DNA of 64,000 nucleotides, taken from assembly GCA_977017645.1 (NCBI GenBank), contig OZ360221.1, forward strand, positions 112,654,001 to 112,718,000. Direction: 5' to 3'. Every line of letters begins with the position of its first letter. Position 1 is the first letter of the stretch. A model generated the notes under the pieces. The model saw only the letters and a program-made list of their open reading frames with translations, ran no database searches and was not told the DNA's origin. The position numbers and the translations under genes are program-made. This document shows positions 11,896 to 26,919 of this stretch, piece after piece. Source of the DNA: Torpedo marmorata (lineage: Eukaryota).

Positions 11896-14317
11896 TTTCT
11901 TTCTGGTGCTAATTGTCCTGGCATATAGCTCTACAGCAACAATGGCAACTTTATCCAGTTATCTTTTGTGAGCTAAGAGTTGATTGTCACCAGGCCTTTC
12001 AGCTGTAAAGTGAATGTCACTGAATTTGTACCTGTTATAGCTTGACCCCAGGGGATATATACTTTACAACAAAAGACCCTCAATTATAATAACCATAGGT
12101 GTATATTTTAACCAGCTGAAGCAGGTCACAGTACCCTGACAACTGTACTTTATCGTGGGTGATCAATTTAGCACAGGTTCAGAATTAAACAGGGCTCCTT
12201 CTGGCTTGAAATAGTGATGAAAAATAATGATATTGTAATGATATAAAAATGATATAAAAGAATGATTTTCAGTATCATTACATCATATTTCTTATTGGTT
12301 TTATATTATTGTGAAGAAACCTATGTTGATACAAACTGCACCAATTGATTAATTTGGGAAATGTATGATAAAATGTAAATGAACAAAAGAAATATGATCG
12401 CAACATTGGTTTAGTAAGAAACATTCCTGAAAGACATCTCTGCTAATCTTTACAATGACTTTAACAGAGATAATCAAAAGCAAAGTTTCATATATTTATC
12501 TATTTTCTCTAATTTTCACATAATAGCAAGAGAACTTGCATAAGGTAGTGTTATAGTACAGCACAGTAGTAATTTGACAATTCTCCTGTAATAAGTATGA
12601 TTGATAATGATTGAAATGTTGAACTCTGGAAATTGTATAATGAAGCTTCAGATCAGGAAAAAGGATGCCATCCTTCTCAATTTTGGTAATTCTGAGTTGT
12701 ACATGTGGATATACTAAGGAGTTTTTATTTATAGTGAGGGTAGTATTCTGCAAGCCTTGATGCTGTCTTAATGCCTCCTTAGAAATTTGTGATATTTTAA
12801 TAATCTTATTATTTTGCATCAGCAAAACAGCAGTAAGAAAAATTGAAATGTTTATCCAGAAATTTCAATAAATAGTGCATTATCTATTACTGCCACATGT
12901 TTGAAAATCACAATTTTTTTTCTGGAATGAAAGAGATTTGCAACCATTTCTGGGTTGAATTGCACCACTATGGAAATACGACTGACTTCCTGTCATGAAT
13001 CATCCTTGCTCACCAGATGACATTTTCCTACCAGAGGCACATCAAATGACACCATACCTTTTGCTTCATGTTTCTGGGGAAATTAGTTTCAGGGGTGCCT
13101 TTGCGAAGCACAATATCTCTGTAGCAGATCTTGTAGGGACTTAGCAATTTCTAGGCCATTTAGTCTTGAATGCACTGAGTTTTTTTACTTCAGAATTTTA
13201 AACAATATGCAGTTTCTGAAGAGGAGGTGAAAATAGAATACTTTTCATTAGAATTCACGGCATTAAAATGAAAAAAAAGTGAGTGCTCAAATAAATAAAA
13301 TCTTTGATCTCAGACTCCCTCTGATCAACAATAAATGCACATTCTTGTATTTTGGAAGTTGTTTATTCATGTTTATAGATAACATGGCACCTTTTTTTGT
13401 GTTAATTATTCAGAGTCCCCTTGTACATTCTTTAGATGCTTTCAGTGTAGGAGCCCGTCTGCAAAGATTCATACTGATGATTTTGTTTGTGGAATAGGTT
13501 ATCTATAAATCTGAAAGCCTATTTTCAGTGAAGCCAATGTAGGCAGTCAGAAGGAAAAAAATCTTTGTTTATTTATGCATGTACTTTAACCATCAGAAGA
13601 GGTGATATTATTTTGAAAATTAACATTTAATGCAGGATGCATTAATGGAGATGCAGTGCTATGGGAGAGGTAAATAAAAACAAATTAAGAAAATGCAGAG
13701 AATGAAATAAAAGTAGATACATTTATGAAAACAGGGAAGCAATATTACATTGTGTATGTTACATGGGTTTAGTGCATATGAGATCTCAGATTGTCATTTG
13801 ACATCACACTCATTAGGACATAATTTCTCTGCATTTTCAGACTGAGGTTGTATGATTTCTTCTCATGGCACCTTCTCAAAATGTCTTTTGATGCATTGAA
13901 GAATTATGGGGCTTAAATTATGACTTAAAGGGAGAAAATGGACTGATGGGAATACTCTGAGGGCTACGATAGAACTGAAGGGCTGAATGGCCTCATGTCA
14001 GAAGAAATTGAGATGTTGACTTATAGGGGAGCGTAGAGTTAGAAATAGTTGAGCATAGGATGCATGATATTAAGGAGACCACCCAAGATAACAAATGAAC
14101 GTGAAAATGAAGTGTAGGGAGAAGTAAAGAGTTCAATGTTTAGCTGAGAAAGGAACAAGTGACAGTCTTGCTCGAACATCAGAAGAAAGCAATTTTGGCA
14201 CAAGAGATGAAGTAATTAAAACGAACAGCCTCCTGTCAAAGTAAAAACACAAAAATGCTGGAGGAACTCTGCATGTCTCACAGCATCCATAGGAGGTAAA
14301 GATATCCTCTATAACCA

Positions 14318-16315
14318 TATAAGATTGGGGATCTGATTCGGAAGAAGAGAGAGGTGTATAACAGGTATAGGCAACATGGAGCAAATGAGGTACTTGAGGC
14401 GTATAAAAATGCAAGAAAAACATCAAGAAAGAAATCAGGAAGGCTAAAAAAAAGACATGAGGTTGCTTTGGCAGACAATGTGAAGGAAAATCCAAAGGGT
14501 TTCTACAGGTATATTAAGAGCAAAAGGACAGTAAGGGACAAAATTGGTCCCCTTGAAGATCAGAGTGGTCGGCTTTGTATGGAGCCAAAAGAGATGGGGG
14601 GAGATCTTAAATGTTTTTTTTTCATCAGTATTCACTCGGGAAAAAGGCACAGAGTCGTGGGAAGTAAGGAAAACAAGCAGTGAGGTCATGGAACGCATAC
14701 AGTTTAAAGAGGAGGAAGTGCTTGCTGTTTTAAAGGAAATAAGGGTGGATAAATCCCCAGGGCATGACAAGATATTCCCACGGACCTTGAGGGAGGCTAG
14801 CATAGAAATTGCAGGGGCTCTGTCCGAAATATTTAAAATGTCCTTAGCCAAGGGTATGGTGCTGAAGGATTGGAGGGTAGCTCATGTTGCTCCGTTGTTT
14901 AAAAAAGGCTCCAAAAGAAACCCTGGAAATTATAGGCCGGTGAGCCTGACGTCAGTAGTAGGTAAATTATTGGAAGGTGTTCTAAGAGATCAGATATACA
15001 ATTATTTGGATAGCCATGGACTGATTAGGGACAGTCAACATGGCTTTGTGCGTGGTAGGTCGTGTTTAACCAATCTTATAGACTTTTTTGAGGAGGTTAC
15101 CAGCAAAGTTGATGAAGGAAAGGCTGTGGATGTTGTCTACATGGACTTTAGTAAGGCCTTTGACAAGGTCCTACATAGGAGGTTAGTCAGGAAGGTTCAG
15201 ACGCAAGGTATTCATGGTGAAGTCGTGAACTGGATTCGACAATGGCTGGACGGGAGAAGGCAGAGAGTAATGGTGGATGATTGCTTCTCAGATTGTGGGC
15301 CTGTGACTAATGGTGTACCTCAGGGATCAGTGCAGGGACCATTGTTGTTTGTCATCTATAGCAATGATCTGGATGATAATGTGGTAAACTGGATCAGCAT
15401 TTTTGCAGATGACACTAAGAGTGGAGACGTAGACAGCAAACAAGGTTTTCAAAACTTGCAGAGGGATCTGGACCAGCTGGAAAAATGGGCTGAAAAATGG
15501 CAGATGGAATTTAATGCAGACAAGTGTGAGGTGTTGCATTTTGGAAGGACAAACCAAGAAAGGACATACACGGTGAATGGTAGGGCACTGAGGAGTGTGG
15601 TAGAACAGAGGGATCTGGGAATACAGATAAATAATTCCCTGAAAGTGGTATCACAGGTGGATAGGGTTGTAAAGAGAGCTTTTGGCATATTGGCCTTCAT
15701 AAATCAAAGTATTGAATACAGGAGTTGGGATGTTATGGTAAAGTTGTATAAGACATTGGTGATGCCAAATTTGGAGTATTATGTGCAGTTTTGGTCATCT
15801 AGCTACAGGAAAGATATCAATAAGATAGAAAGAGAGCAGAGAAGATTTACTAGGATGTTGCCCGGACTTCAGGAACTGAGTTACAGGGAAAGGTTAAACA
15901 GGTTAGGACTTTATTCCCTGGAGCGTAGAAGAATGAGGGGAGATTTGATAGAGGTATTTAAAATTATGAGGGGGATAGACAGAGTAAATGTAGGTAGGCT
16001 TTTTCCACTGAGGGTAGGTGAGATACAAACAAGAGGACATGGGTTAAGAGTGAAAGGGGAAAAGTTTAGGGGGAACATGAGGGGGAACTTCTTCACACAG
16101 AGAGTGGTGGGAGTGTGGAATGAGCTGCCAGGTGAGGTGATGAATGTGGGCTCAATTTTAACATTTAAGAGGAATTTGGACAGGTACATTGATGGGGGAG
16201 GTATGGAGGGCTATGGACTGAGTGCAGGTCAGTGGGACTAGGCAAAAAGAAATGGTTCAGCACAGACTAGAAGGGCCAAAGTAGCCTGTTTCTGTGCTGT
16301 AGTGTTCTATGGTTC
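14318..16315 (+). mobile_element. CR1 LINE, 5'-truncated, with long open RT ORF (14544-16241)
   Basis: NYRPVSLTSVVGKLLE, VYMDFSKAFDKV, GVPQGSV.GP, FADDTK, RGDLIEVFKI; tail ctgtgctgtagtgttctatggttc. Splits a Penelope-like terminal fragment. Confidence 0.95.
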
Positions 16316-16879
16316 AAACCAATGTTTCGGGCCTGAGCCCTGCTGAGTTCTTCCAGCATTTTTGTGTTTTTATTTACTACAATCACAGTGTTTGCAGACT
16401 TTTCTGTTTCACAGCCTCCTTTCGAAGGCCTGGTACTCCCTCCTTTCTAGTACAAAATCAAAATAAGTGCTTCTGAAAGAGTTGAAGATAATGTAACAGT
16501 CTTGTTAAGCAATGAATGCAGTTAATTTTAAATGTTAAAGACAGAGATAGGCCCTTTATGGGGAACTCCCAACATAACTTGGAGTGATGATCTTTCCAGT
16601 TACAGTATATTCCATTTTGGGTTTGCTCCTTACTGGAAGGGATATGCTGTGCAATTGTTCCTGGGAGCTGGGAGAGCAGCTAAGTTGACTTTCTCTTGCT
16701 CTGAAATGTCAAAGTGTACAAAGTATGCACTAATGGCAGGAAGAATCAAGAGGAAGAATTTCTCCACTCGGGCATCCTGGCTAGTGAAAAAAATCCTTTC
16801 TCTTCGAAACTTGTTGACAAAGCCTTTTATTCACTTGCTGCAGTGGTGTTTCTGAATAGCACCTTAATAAACAGGGTAT

Positions 16880-17830
16880 CCCTGCTTTTTGTGATTTTTA
16901 TAAATGACCTAGATGAAGAGGTGGAAGGATGAGTCAGTAAGTTTGTGGATGATACGAAGGTTGGAGGAGTTGTGGATAGTGCTGAAGGTTGTCGTAGGTT
17001 ACAAAAGGATATAGAGAGGATGCAGAGTTGGGAGGAAAAGTGGCAGATGGAGTTCAATTCAGAGAAGTGTGAGGTGATGCATATTGCAAGGTTAAACCAG
17101 AAGGCTGAGTTGTGTTAATGGTCATTTACTTAAGAGTGTGGATGAACAGAGGGGCCTTGGGGTCCCAATCCATACATCCCTCAAGGTCGCTGCGCAGGTT
17201 AATAGGATAGTTAAGAAGGCCAATGGGATGCTGGGCTTCATTAATAGGGGATTGAGTTCAAGAGTCAAGAGGTCATGTTGCAACTCTACAAATCTCTGCT
17301 GAAACCACACAGTATTGTGTTCAGTTCTGGTCACCTCATTATAGGAAGGATGAGGAAGCTATGGAGAGGGTGCAGAGGAAATTTACCAGGATGTTGCCTG
17401 GATTGGAAAATATTTCTTATGAGGCAAGGTTTACAGAGCTGAGTCTTTTCTCTTTGGAGCGTAGAAGGATGAGAGGAGACTTAATAGAGGTCTCCAAGAT
17501 TATGAGAGGCATAGCCTTTTTCCCAGGGCAGGAATAGCAAACACCAGAGGACATATGCACAAAGTGAAGGGAGGGATGTTTTGGGGAGACATCAGGGGTA
17601 AGTATTTTACACAGAGAGTTGTGGGTGCCTGGAATGCCTTGCCAGGGTTGGTGTTGAGGCTGAAACATGAGGGGCATTTAAGAGACTCTTAGACAGGCAC
17701 ATGGATGTAAGAAAAATAGAGGGTTATGGGGTAGGGAGGGTTTAGTACTATTTTGTAAGGAATATATGGGTCGGCACAACAGCGACGGCCGAGGAGCCCG
17801 TACTGTGCTGTAGTGTTCTATGTTCTATGT
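16880..17830 (+). mobile_element. CR1 LINE, degraded 3' fragment
   Basis: FVIFINDLDEEVEG and KFVDDTK region through to (tgttcta)n tail, with stops and frameshifts. Confidence 0.9.
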
Positions 17831-18194
17831 TAATGTACAGATATGCTGGATTCATTCTTTTGTTCCATGATTTTCATCCAAATTTTCACTTTAAGTTTTA
17901 GATTCAGATTTTGCAAACCAAATTATAGTCATATTGCATGTTATGAAGATCTCTCTGGAGGAATTTATCATTACATCCAAAACTATGTCCTCTCAGAAGA
18001 GTGCTTAGCATTACAAAGTCATTACAAAGAAATCAAATGCATTTCTGTCTGTTCTATTCAATTACAGAATTTTAAATTCAAAATTCCCACATTGTATTCA
18101 ACTTTTTATGTTTATTCATTATTATATAATACATTCTGGCAGTTGGTGGGTATAACTGAATGAGACATACTGAAATATGAAATAATGAGACATA

Positions 18195-21160
18195 CAGAGT
18201 GAAGGTAGGGCCGCTTGAAGATAAAGGAGGCAATGTCTGCCTGGAGATTGGGGAGGTCCTAAATGAATACTTTGCTTCAGTGTTCACCAGAAAGAGGGAC
18301 CTTGGACAATGTGAATTCAGTACAGAACAAGCTTATGTGCTGGAGCAAGTTGAGAGTAAGAAAGATCATTTGCAGAATCTTCTTCAAAACATTAGGATTG
18401 ATAAGTTCCCGGGACCAGCACTCCCTGCTGCTCTCAAGCTCTACGACCATGTTATCACCCAGACTCGCTTCTATAGCCATGTGTCTTTCCTGGCTACTTG
18501 CCTCCGTTGCCACCTGGTGCCACGTGGATTCCAGCTCCAGTTCCAGGCCTCCAAGTTTGGTCCCCACCAAGATCTCACGTACCTGCGCTGCATTGACACC
18601 TGCTCTCTTCGCTTCTCTCACCGTATCCCACGATGTGCAGGTACCAGCGGACTCCGCTCTCTCGCTACCACAGCTCCATACCTCACCTGGCACGATCTAT
18701 TACGGACCTCTCCTACACTTCCGTCCTCTGTCAGATCCACGCATTCAACCACCGATTCTACACACACCTGGCGTCCATCAAGGATCAGAAGCTCGCGTCC
18801 ATGGAGACTGCCGGCTCATTGACCTCCAAAGTGGGTTTCCACCCTGGCCCCGGCGGCTTACAGGACAGAGCTCCTGACACAGGTCTCGAAGGCCCCAGTG
18901 ACCTACAGGAATGAGCCTCCATCGTGATCTCCCACCCTGGCTTCGGCGACCTACAGGACCGAGCCTCCAACATGAACTTTCACCCTGAAACCGGTGGCCA
19001 ACAGGATCAAGCCTCCATCGCGATCTCCCACCTTGGCCCCTGCGACCTATAGAACCGAGCCTCCATTGCAAACTCCCACCCTGGCCCCGGGGGCGCACAG
19101 GGCTCTCCCCCTCCACCCTCTGACTTCTCAACCCTCCCCTCCCTCCTTTGGACCCTTCCTATCCTCCACCTCCTGATCCACCCCATTCTCCTCCCCTCCC
19201 CAACATGTCTGTCCAGGGTCTCATGCATTGCCAGACTAAGACCACGCGCAAATTGGTGGAACAATACTTTATCTTCCGTCTGGGCACCCTCCTATCGGAT
19301 GGCATTAACATCGACTTCCCTGGCTTTTGTTAAACCCGCCCTCTCTCCTTCTTCCCCCGTCGCCTTTCCCCAGCTCTGTCTGTCTCTCTCTCTTTCTTTT
19401 TCCCTCTCTCCTTTCACAGAGCCAAAATCAATTCTCACCTCTCCTCTTATCATATCCATTTAACACCTTTTATTGGTCTGGACTCCTCCCCCAGCTGGCT
19501 TTGTCTTTATTCTGAGCCTCAGCAATATATCTTTACCTCCTATGGACACTGCAAGACAAGCTGAGTTCCTCCAGCATTTCTGTGTGTTTTTATTACAATC
19601 ACATCATCTGAAGACTTTTGTGTTTCACCCCAAACAAGATAAACCCCAGTTTACTTCAGGAAGTGAGGGAAGAGATTGTTGGGGCATTGGCTATGATCTT
19701 TGAGTCCTCCTTGGCCACAGGAGAGGTACCAGAGGATTGAAGAATGGTAGTCCCCTTGTTTAAAAAAGGTAATAGGAAGAATCCTGGGAATTATAGATCA
19801 GTGAGTCTTATGTCAATGGTTTGCAAACTATTGGAGAGGATTCTTAAGGACAGGATTTATGAGCATTTAGAGAAGCATAATCTGCTCAGGAATAGTCAGT
19901 ATGCCATTGTGAAGGGAAGGTCATGCCTCATGAGCCCAATTGAGTTTTTTGAGGAAGTAAAAAAAGAAATTGATGAAGGTAGATGTGGTGATATGGATTT
20001 TACTAAGGCATTTGATAAAGTCCCCCATGAGAGACTCATTCAGAAAGTCATGAGGCATGGGATCCATGGAACATTGGCTTTGTGGATTCAGAATTGGCTT
20101 GCCTGCAGAAAGAAGAGGGTAGTCGTAGATGGAATGTATTCTACCTGGAGGTCAGTAACTAGTGGAGTTCCACAGGGATCTGTTCTGGGACCCCTGCTCT
20201 TTATAATTAAATGACCTGAACGAAGAATTAGAAGGATGGGTCAGTCAATTTGCAGATTACACTAAGGTTGGTGGTGTTGTGAATAGTATAGAAGGTTGCC
20301 ATAGGTAACAACAGGATATAGACAAGATGAAGAGTTAGGTAGAGAAGTGACAGATGGAGTTCAATCTGGATAAGTGTGAAGTGATGCATTTTGGAAGGTC
20401 AAACTTGAAGGTGGAGTTGATTGTTAATGGCAGGATTCTTAATAGTGTGGAAGACAGAGGGACTTTGGCATCCAAATCCATAGATCTCTGAAGGTTGATA
20501 GGCTAGTTAAGAAGGCTTATGGTATGCTGGCCTTCATTAGTACGGGAATTGAATTCAAGAGTCGAGAGGTAATGTTTCAGCTCAATAAAACTCTGGTTAG
20601 ACCGCACTTGGAATATTGTGTTCAGTTCTGGCCAACTCATTTACAGGAAGGATGTGGAAGCTTTAGAGAGGGTGCAGAGGAGAGTTAGAATGTTGCCAGT
20701 TTTGGCGAACGTGTCTCATGAAGAAATGTTAACAGAGCTAGGGCTTTTCTCTTTGGAGCGAAGAAGGATGAAAGGTGACAATAGAGGTTGATAAGATTAT
20801 GAAAGGCAGATAGGATGGACAGCCAGCACCTTTTCCAAGGGCGACAGTAGCAAATAGCAGAGGAGATCTGTATAAGGTGAGGGGAGGAAGGTTTAAGGGA
20901 GATGTCAGAGGTAATCTTTTACACAGAGAGTAGTGGGTGCCTAGAATGCATTGGCAGGGGTGGTGGTGGAGGTTGGTACAATAGGGACATTTAAAAGATT
21001 CTTGTACAGGCACATGGATGAAAGAAAAATAGAGGGTTATGGGTGCGAGGAAGGGAAGGTTTAGATTGTTGAGTGGGTTTATATGGATCGGCACAACATC
21101 ATGGGCCGAAGAGCCTGCACTGTGCTGTAATGTTCTATGTTCTATGTGCTGTAATGTTCC
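18195..21160 (+). mobile_element. CR1 LINE interrupted by a Penelope-like insertion
   Basis: LNEYFASVFT...IRIDKFPGP before ~18418; resumes ~19629 with VVPLFKKGNRKNPGNYRSVSL...GVPQGSVLGP; (tgttcta)n tail. Confidence 0.9.
18418..19628 (+). mobile_element. Internally deleted Penelope-like element nested in CR1
   Basis: 5' coding remnant (RFYSHVSFLATCLRCHLVPRGFQL), about four ~48-bp tandem units (gacctacaggaccgagcctcca...ctcccaccctggc), then the endonuclease C-terminus (FRLGTLLSDGINIDF) and the same terminal repeat as 3300-3660. Confidence 0.75.
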
Positions 21161-21494
21161 ATTCTCAACCCTCCCCTCCCTCATTTTGACCCTTCCTATC
21201 CTCCACCTCGTGATCCACCCCATCCACCTCCCCTCCTTGACCTCAATAGTTACAAATTCCAACCTGATGACATCAGTTTGTACCATTAATAACAATGTAG
21301 CATTTCAAGAGTGCTTGAACTGTTTTAAGTCTTGTATTGAACCATTTGCCAGAACAACATCATATAAAATAAAATTTAAAGGACTGAATTTAATACATTA
21401 ACCTGCTTATGTTGAAATGTAATCTTCGGTGATCTGGTGAACTTTACAAAGATTATGTAAGCCTATTATCTAATTTTTTTTGCAGTGTTATGTT

Positions 21495-24400
21495 TTTTTA
21501 AAGTTTTTTTAAAAATATTTTATTTAAAATTTTTAAATCATAAGATACATAAAATAAAATATAAAATTATCAAAATACATGTGATACATTTTCACCCCCC
21601 TCCCTCCCTCCCCTCCCTAACCCTCCCACCCCTACTAATCTACTAAAATAAAAAGAAAGAAAGAAAGAAAGAAAAAGATAATGTCAATCTAAAAAAGAAC
21701 TATAAACTGATTTTATTGTGGAAGATAGGTTCGCCAGTCAGATCTGATATCCAGAGATCTTCACATCCTTAAACCAACAGTTTTTATATATGGGCTCCAT
21801 ATTTTCAAAAAGAAATGATATTTATTACGTAAATTATAAGTAATTTTTTCAAGTGGTAGAGCTGAATGAAGTTCTGCATGCCATCTTTCTAACCCTAAAT
21901 CTACATCAGATTTCCAAGTAATAGCGATGCATTTCTTAGAAACAGCTAAAGCAATTCGCAAAAATTCTATTTGATACATATTTAATTTCATCTTAATACT
22001 AATTCTTTTAATATCTCCAAACAAAAATATAATTGGAAGTGTAATACTCAATACTTTATCGAAAAATGTTTTAACTTTCAACCAAAAATCATATATCTTT
22101 GGACAAAACCATGTAAAATGTACAAAAGAACCTTCCTCTCTATTACATCTAAAACATAAACCTGATAATGTCAAATTAAATTTCTTTAATTTTTTAGGCG
22201 TTAAATATAATTGATGAAAGAAATTATATTGGACTAATCTATATCTAACGTTAATAATCTTTGTCATACTTAGTTTACATAATTGTTTCCAATGTTCTTC
22301 ATCTATTGTTACATTCAAATCTGATTCCCATTTTAATCTTGATTTATGAATTCCTACTTTAGGGATTTTTCTCTGAAACAATCTATACATTTGAGAAATA
22401 AATTTATTTACACCTCCATTAGTAACTAATAATTCTAGTTCACTCTGTCTTGGTAAAGTCAAACTATAACCTAACTTCCCAACTAAAAATGCTCTCATTT
22501 GATAATAAGCAAAAAGTGTATTGTTCAATATATTAAACTTATCTTTCATTCTTTGAAAAGTAATAAATTTACTAGCTTCAAAACAATCATTTATTTTCTT
22601 AATTCCCTTTTGGAACCAAATTTTAAATAATTGATTATCAACAGTAAATGGAATAAGTTTATTTTGATATAAAGGCATTTTTCGAGAAATCGACCCTTTC
22701 CCTCCTATCTCCCTATCCACTCTAGTCCATATTTCTAACAAATGTTTAAAAATAGGAGAATTCTTCCCTTTTGTTAATAATAATTTAGAATTCCATTTAT
22801 AAATAACTTCTTCTTTCAAATCTTCTCCTATATTATTTAGTTCTATTCTAATCCAAGCAGAAGACTTACCTAAATCAAACATTTCATTAACAAATTTTAA
22901 TTGAGCTGCTTTATAATAATTTTGAAAATTAGGAAGTTGCAAACCACCCATTTCATACTTCTAAGTTAACTTCTCCATACCTACTCTAGCCAATTTCCTT
23001 TCCACAAAAACTTCCTAATAATTAAATTTAAATCCTTAAAGAATTTTGAAAGGATTTTGTAAGGAATTGATTGAAAAAGATATTGAATTCTTGGAAAGAC
23101 ATTCATTTTAATACAGTTTACCCTTCCTATTAAAGTTATAGGTAAGTCCTTCCAACTTTCTAAATCTTTTTTTAATTTTCATTAAAAATTGTAAATAATT
23201 TAATTTATATAAATTAGGTAATTTTGTATCAATCTTTATTCCCAAATATTTAATTCCTTCCTTTGACCATTTAAATTGTGTAATTTCTTTACATTTACTA
23301 TAATCCCCTTGTCTCAATGCCATAATTTCACTTTTATCAGAATTAATCTTATAACCAGATATTTCCCTGTATTCTTTCAATAAAACATTCAATTGTAATA
23401 AAGAAGTAATAGGTTTTGTCATATAAATCAATACATCATCTGCAAATAAACTGATTTTATGCTCTTCTCTTCCAACTTTAATACCTGCAATCTTAATATC
23501 TTGTCTAATTAATTCTGCCAAAGGTTCTATTGCTAAAATAAACAATGCTGGCGACAAAGGACATCCTTGTCTAGTCGACCTAGTCAAAGAAAATTTTGAA
23601 GAAATGTGTCCATTTGTCACCACTTTAGCAGATGGTTCTTTATATATAGTTTTAATCCAATTAATAAATGTAGTTCCAAAACCAAATTTCCCCAATACCT
23701 TAAATAAATAATTCCACTAATCTATCAAAAGCCTTTTCAGCATCTAATGTTAATACTAATGCTAGGTCATCTTTTTTTTCCACATTAATTAAACTAATTA
23801 ATCTAGCTATATTATCTTTTGAAAACCAGCTTGATCTACATGGATTAAATCTGGTAAATAATTAGCTACTCTATTTGCTAAAATTTTTGCCATTATCTTA
23901 TAATCCACATTTAACAATGAAATTGGTGTATATGATTCTGTTTTCAACACATCTCTATCTTTTTTAGGTATAACTGTAATTATTGCATTCGAAAATGTTT
24001 CCGGTATTTGTTTCAACACATCCATATATGGAGGTATCAATAAATATTTAAACTCCTTATAAAATTCTGATGGGAAACCATCCTCCCCTGGAGATTTACC
24101 ACTCGTTAAAGAACTAAGAACATCATTAACTTCCCTCATTGAAAAAGACAAATCTAAAAGTTCTTTACTTTGAGTATTTAATCTAGGTAACTTAATTTTA
24201 GATAGAAATTCATTAATTTTAGAATCATCTTTATCAATCTGAGATTTATATAAGTTCAAATAAAAATCCTTAAAAGAATCATTTATTTCTCGAGGTTTAT
24301 ATGTTATTTCCTTAGAATTCTTTTTTATAGCATTTATAATTCTAGAGGTTTGATCTTTCTTTAATTGCCATGCCAACACTTTATGTGCTCTTTCTCCCAA

Positions 24401-24694
24401 TTCATAATATCCTTGCTTAGTTCTTTCAATTAATTTTTCCATTTTATATGTTTGTAACATATTATAATGCAATTTTTTCCCAATTAAATTTTTCCTTTTT
24501 TCTTCTGATCTATTTTTTTGCAAGTCCTTCTCCAAGAATTCAATCTCCCTCTCCAAATTATCCACCTCCCGAACATATTCCTTCTTAACTTATTATTTGG
24601 CCTCTTAAATAAGCCTTTAAAGCTTCCCAAATAATACATTTATTATCAATCGAATTAGAATTAATCTGTAAAAATTCTTGAATTTCTCTTCTTA
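21495..24694 (-). mobile_element. L1-clade LINE, 5'-truncated and frameshifted ORF2
   Basis: TRQGCPLSP, ISLFADDVLIY and CFRC..EGSFVHFTWFCP motifs; A-rich tail; flanking direct repeat gcagtg(t/c)tatgtt at 21482-21494 and 24695-24707. Same family as 55164-61079. Confidence 0.93.
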
Positions 24695-24913
24695 GCAGTG
24701 CTATGTTGTGGATAAATATTTATCTCCCTTCAGATTTTTCCTTCGATCCTGAAGGCTGTAATTCCTCATTGCCCATTTGATGTTCAGAAATATAGAAGAA
24801 TGCAGAATGTTTCAGCATGCAGAGGTCCTCCTTAACATGTTTCTAAGTTGTTTCTAACCCAGCTGTCAGCCAAATGGTCAATTTGATTGTGAGTAGAGGC
24901 TAGTCATGGTTCC

Positions 24914-25163
24914 TGTGGTAAACCACTTTTGTATGTATTATAGCCTGAGGCAAGGATGACCATGACCTGTCTGTCTGTCCCGGTGACTCCTCCCCCTTTA
25001 CCTGGAATAAAGGCCTTGAGCCAGCAACTCCTCCCCAGTTCCGGGACAATCCAGCAGGGATCAACCAGGTCAAGGTATAGCTAGCCCTGGCTTTGATTCT
25101 GTTAATAAAAGCCTGTTAATTCCTGCACTTCCAGACTCGCGTCTGTTATTGATAGGCATATCA
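24914..25163 (+). mobile_element. Solo LTR of the Gypsy family at 32918-37653
   Basis: TG...CA, 250 bp, closely similar to that element's LTRs; 5-bp TSD GTTCC on both sides. Confidence 0.95.
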
Positions 25164-26919
25164 GTTCCTTAGGAATAGATTTTGTAAATCAGGAGCCTGG
25201 AGAATTCTGTAGCTGGGAGGTGACAGAATAAATGTTTCCTTCAGTGAGAAGCTGGCAGTCCTAAATTGTCACCTTAGGAGTCCTTTGTCTCTAAGAATCT
25301 TATGGAAGCAATGAATTTAATGCATTGAATTGTGGACATCTGATTTAAACATGTTAGTTAAGTGTCTTGGTGCAGTAGGACACTCAAAAGACCTAATACC
25401 TGATGGCATTAAAAGAGCAATAATTGGTCATGCAGCATTTTGGTGACCTCACCTCAGTTTGAACACAACGCCCTGCCTCTTACATTGCTGAGATTGATTT
25501 GTTGGCCCATGTTCGCATGATGTGCCAGTTCTTCTCTTGAATTTACACATTTTATACTGAGGGGAACATTTAGAGTAAAAATTGACATTGCTAAAAGTTT
25601 TAGATGGAAGGAAAATAGAAAGATATGCCATCTGATGTTTTACTTAAAATGAAGTTTCCCTTTAATGCCCCCCACCACCACCAAGAACAATAGTTTAAAT
25701 CTATTCATTTTTACAAATAGGGGAAATTCATATGACCTTGTAATCATGTGTCATAAAAATCTATGCTGTTAGCATATGGTAAATGTAGAAATGGCTTTGA
25801 CAAGTGGTTTACTGAAAATTCATTGGCTATAATGTAGAATGAGGTGTTCAAAAGCCTTGTAGAAAGATTTAACAGATTATCATAGCTATTACTGTTCTAT
25901 GTCTCATGATAAACCCGTCATTCATGCAATTACAGAGTGTATGATGATGTCTCTGGTGAAAGCAAATACAGGAAATTGTAGCTGGTATTCCATATTTCCA
26001 TCTCAATAATCTTATACAACACTTCTGTGCACCACAAAAACATCTGCTCAATATTTAAGCCGGCAGTTGTTTCACTGACAGAGTTGGATAAGTTGTGAAG
26101 ATGAGGAAGCTAAGCATAGCCTCCATTCCAAAAAAAATCTCAATTAAGTGGAAAGGACACCTGTGAGTTTTATAATGCTGCTAAAAAGGCAGCTGGTCAA
26201 TTTTATTGCTTAACATGTAAAGTTTAATTGCTTCTTGTAGTTGCATAGTTCACTGTGTACATTAATACACCATTTCAGAATCTGTCTCTGTTCTTCATAC
26301 TCAGTTTTAGAATTATATTTCAAGTACACACTATTTTAGAATTTTCACCAATGAAATGTGAATGTGCTGCTGATAAGTTTAAAACAACAGCCAAATATAT
26401 CTTCAGTAATGTTGACAAGGACACCTGGATTCACCATCTGCCCTTTTTTTCAAAATAATATCTTGGGATGTCACTTGTCCCGGTGAGAGAATTGTTGAGT
26501 CCGAAATGTAATATCTCATCTGAGGGGATGTCAGTTTAGAACTTTGTGGTCAATTCTTTTGAGTGAGATATCTATTCATAACCTCTGGATATTATGGAAT
26601 GAATGTTACTCACAGAATCCTCATATTCCAGGGTCTAAATACATTTTATTAATGGAATGTTGAAAACACATAGAAAATTTTGGAAAATTGGAGGTTTGGG
26701 GTTTAAAATGTTATAATTCTGGGTATGCTTACTAATGGTTGACAAGTTAACTGGTTTTTCAGAGTAGTCTATCAGTAAAGATGATGGAAGTTGGCTGATT
26801 GAATTTAAATATTGACGTTCCTGTAAATGCATTTCAGAGATGGTTTTGCCTGCAGGATGGCTGAAAAGCTATTAGTTCACTGATCCACTCACCCTTTTTA
26901 TCTGCTCCTCACGTTCCAG

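Noticed and set aside
9366-13497. Short ORFs in the intron as extra PDE11A exons or nested genes
   Set aside because: No recognisable homology, and the two identified exons already join in frame.
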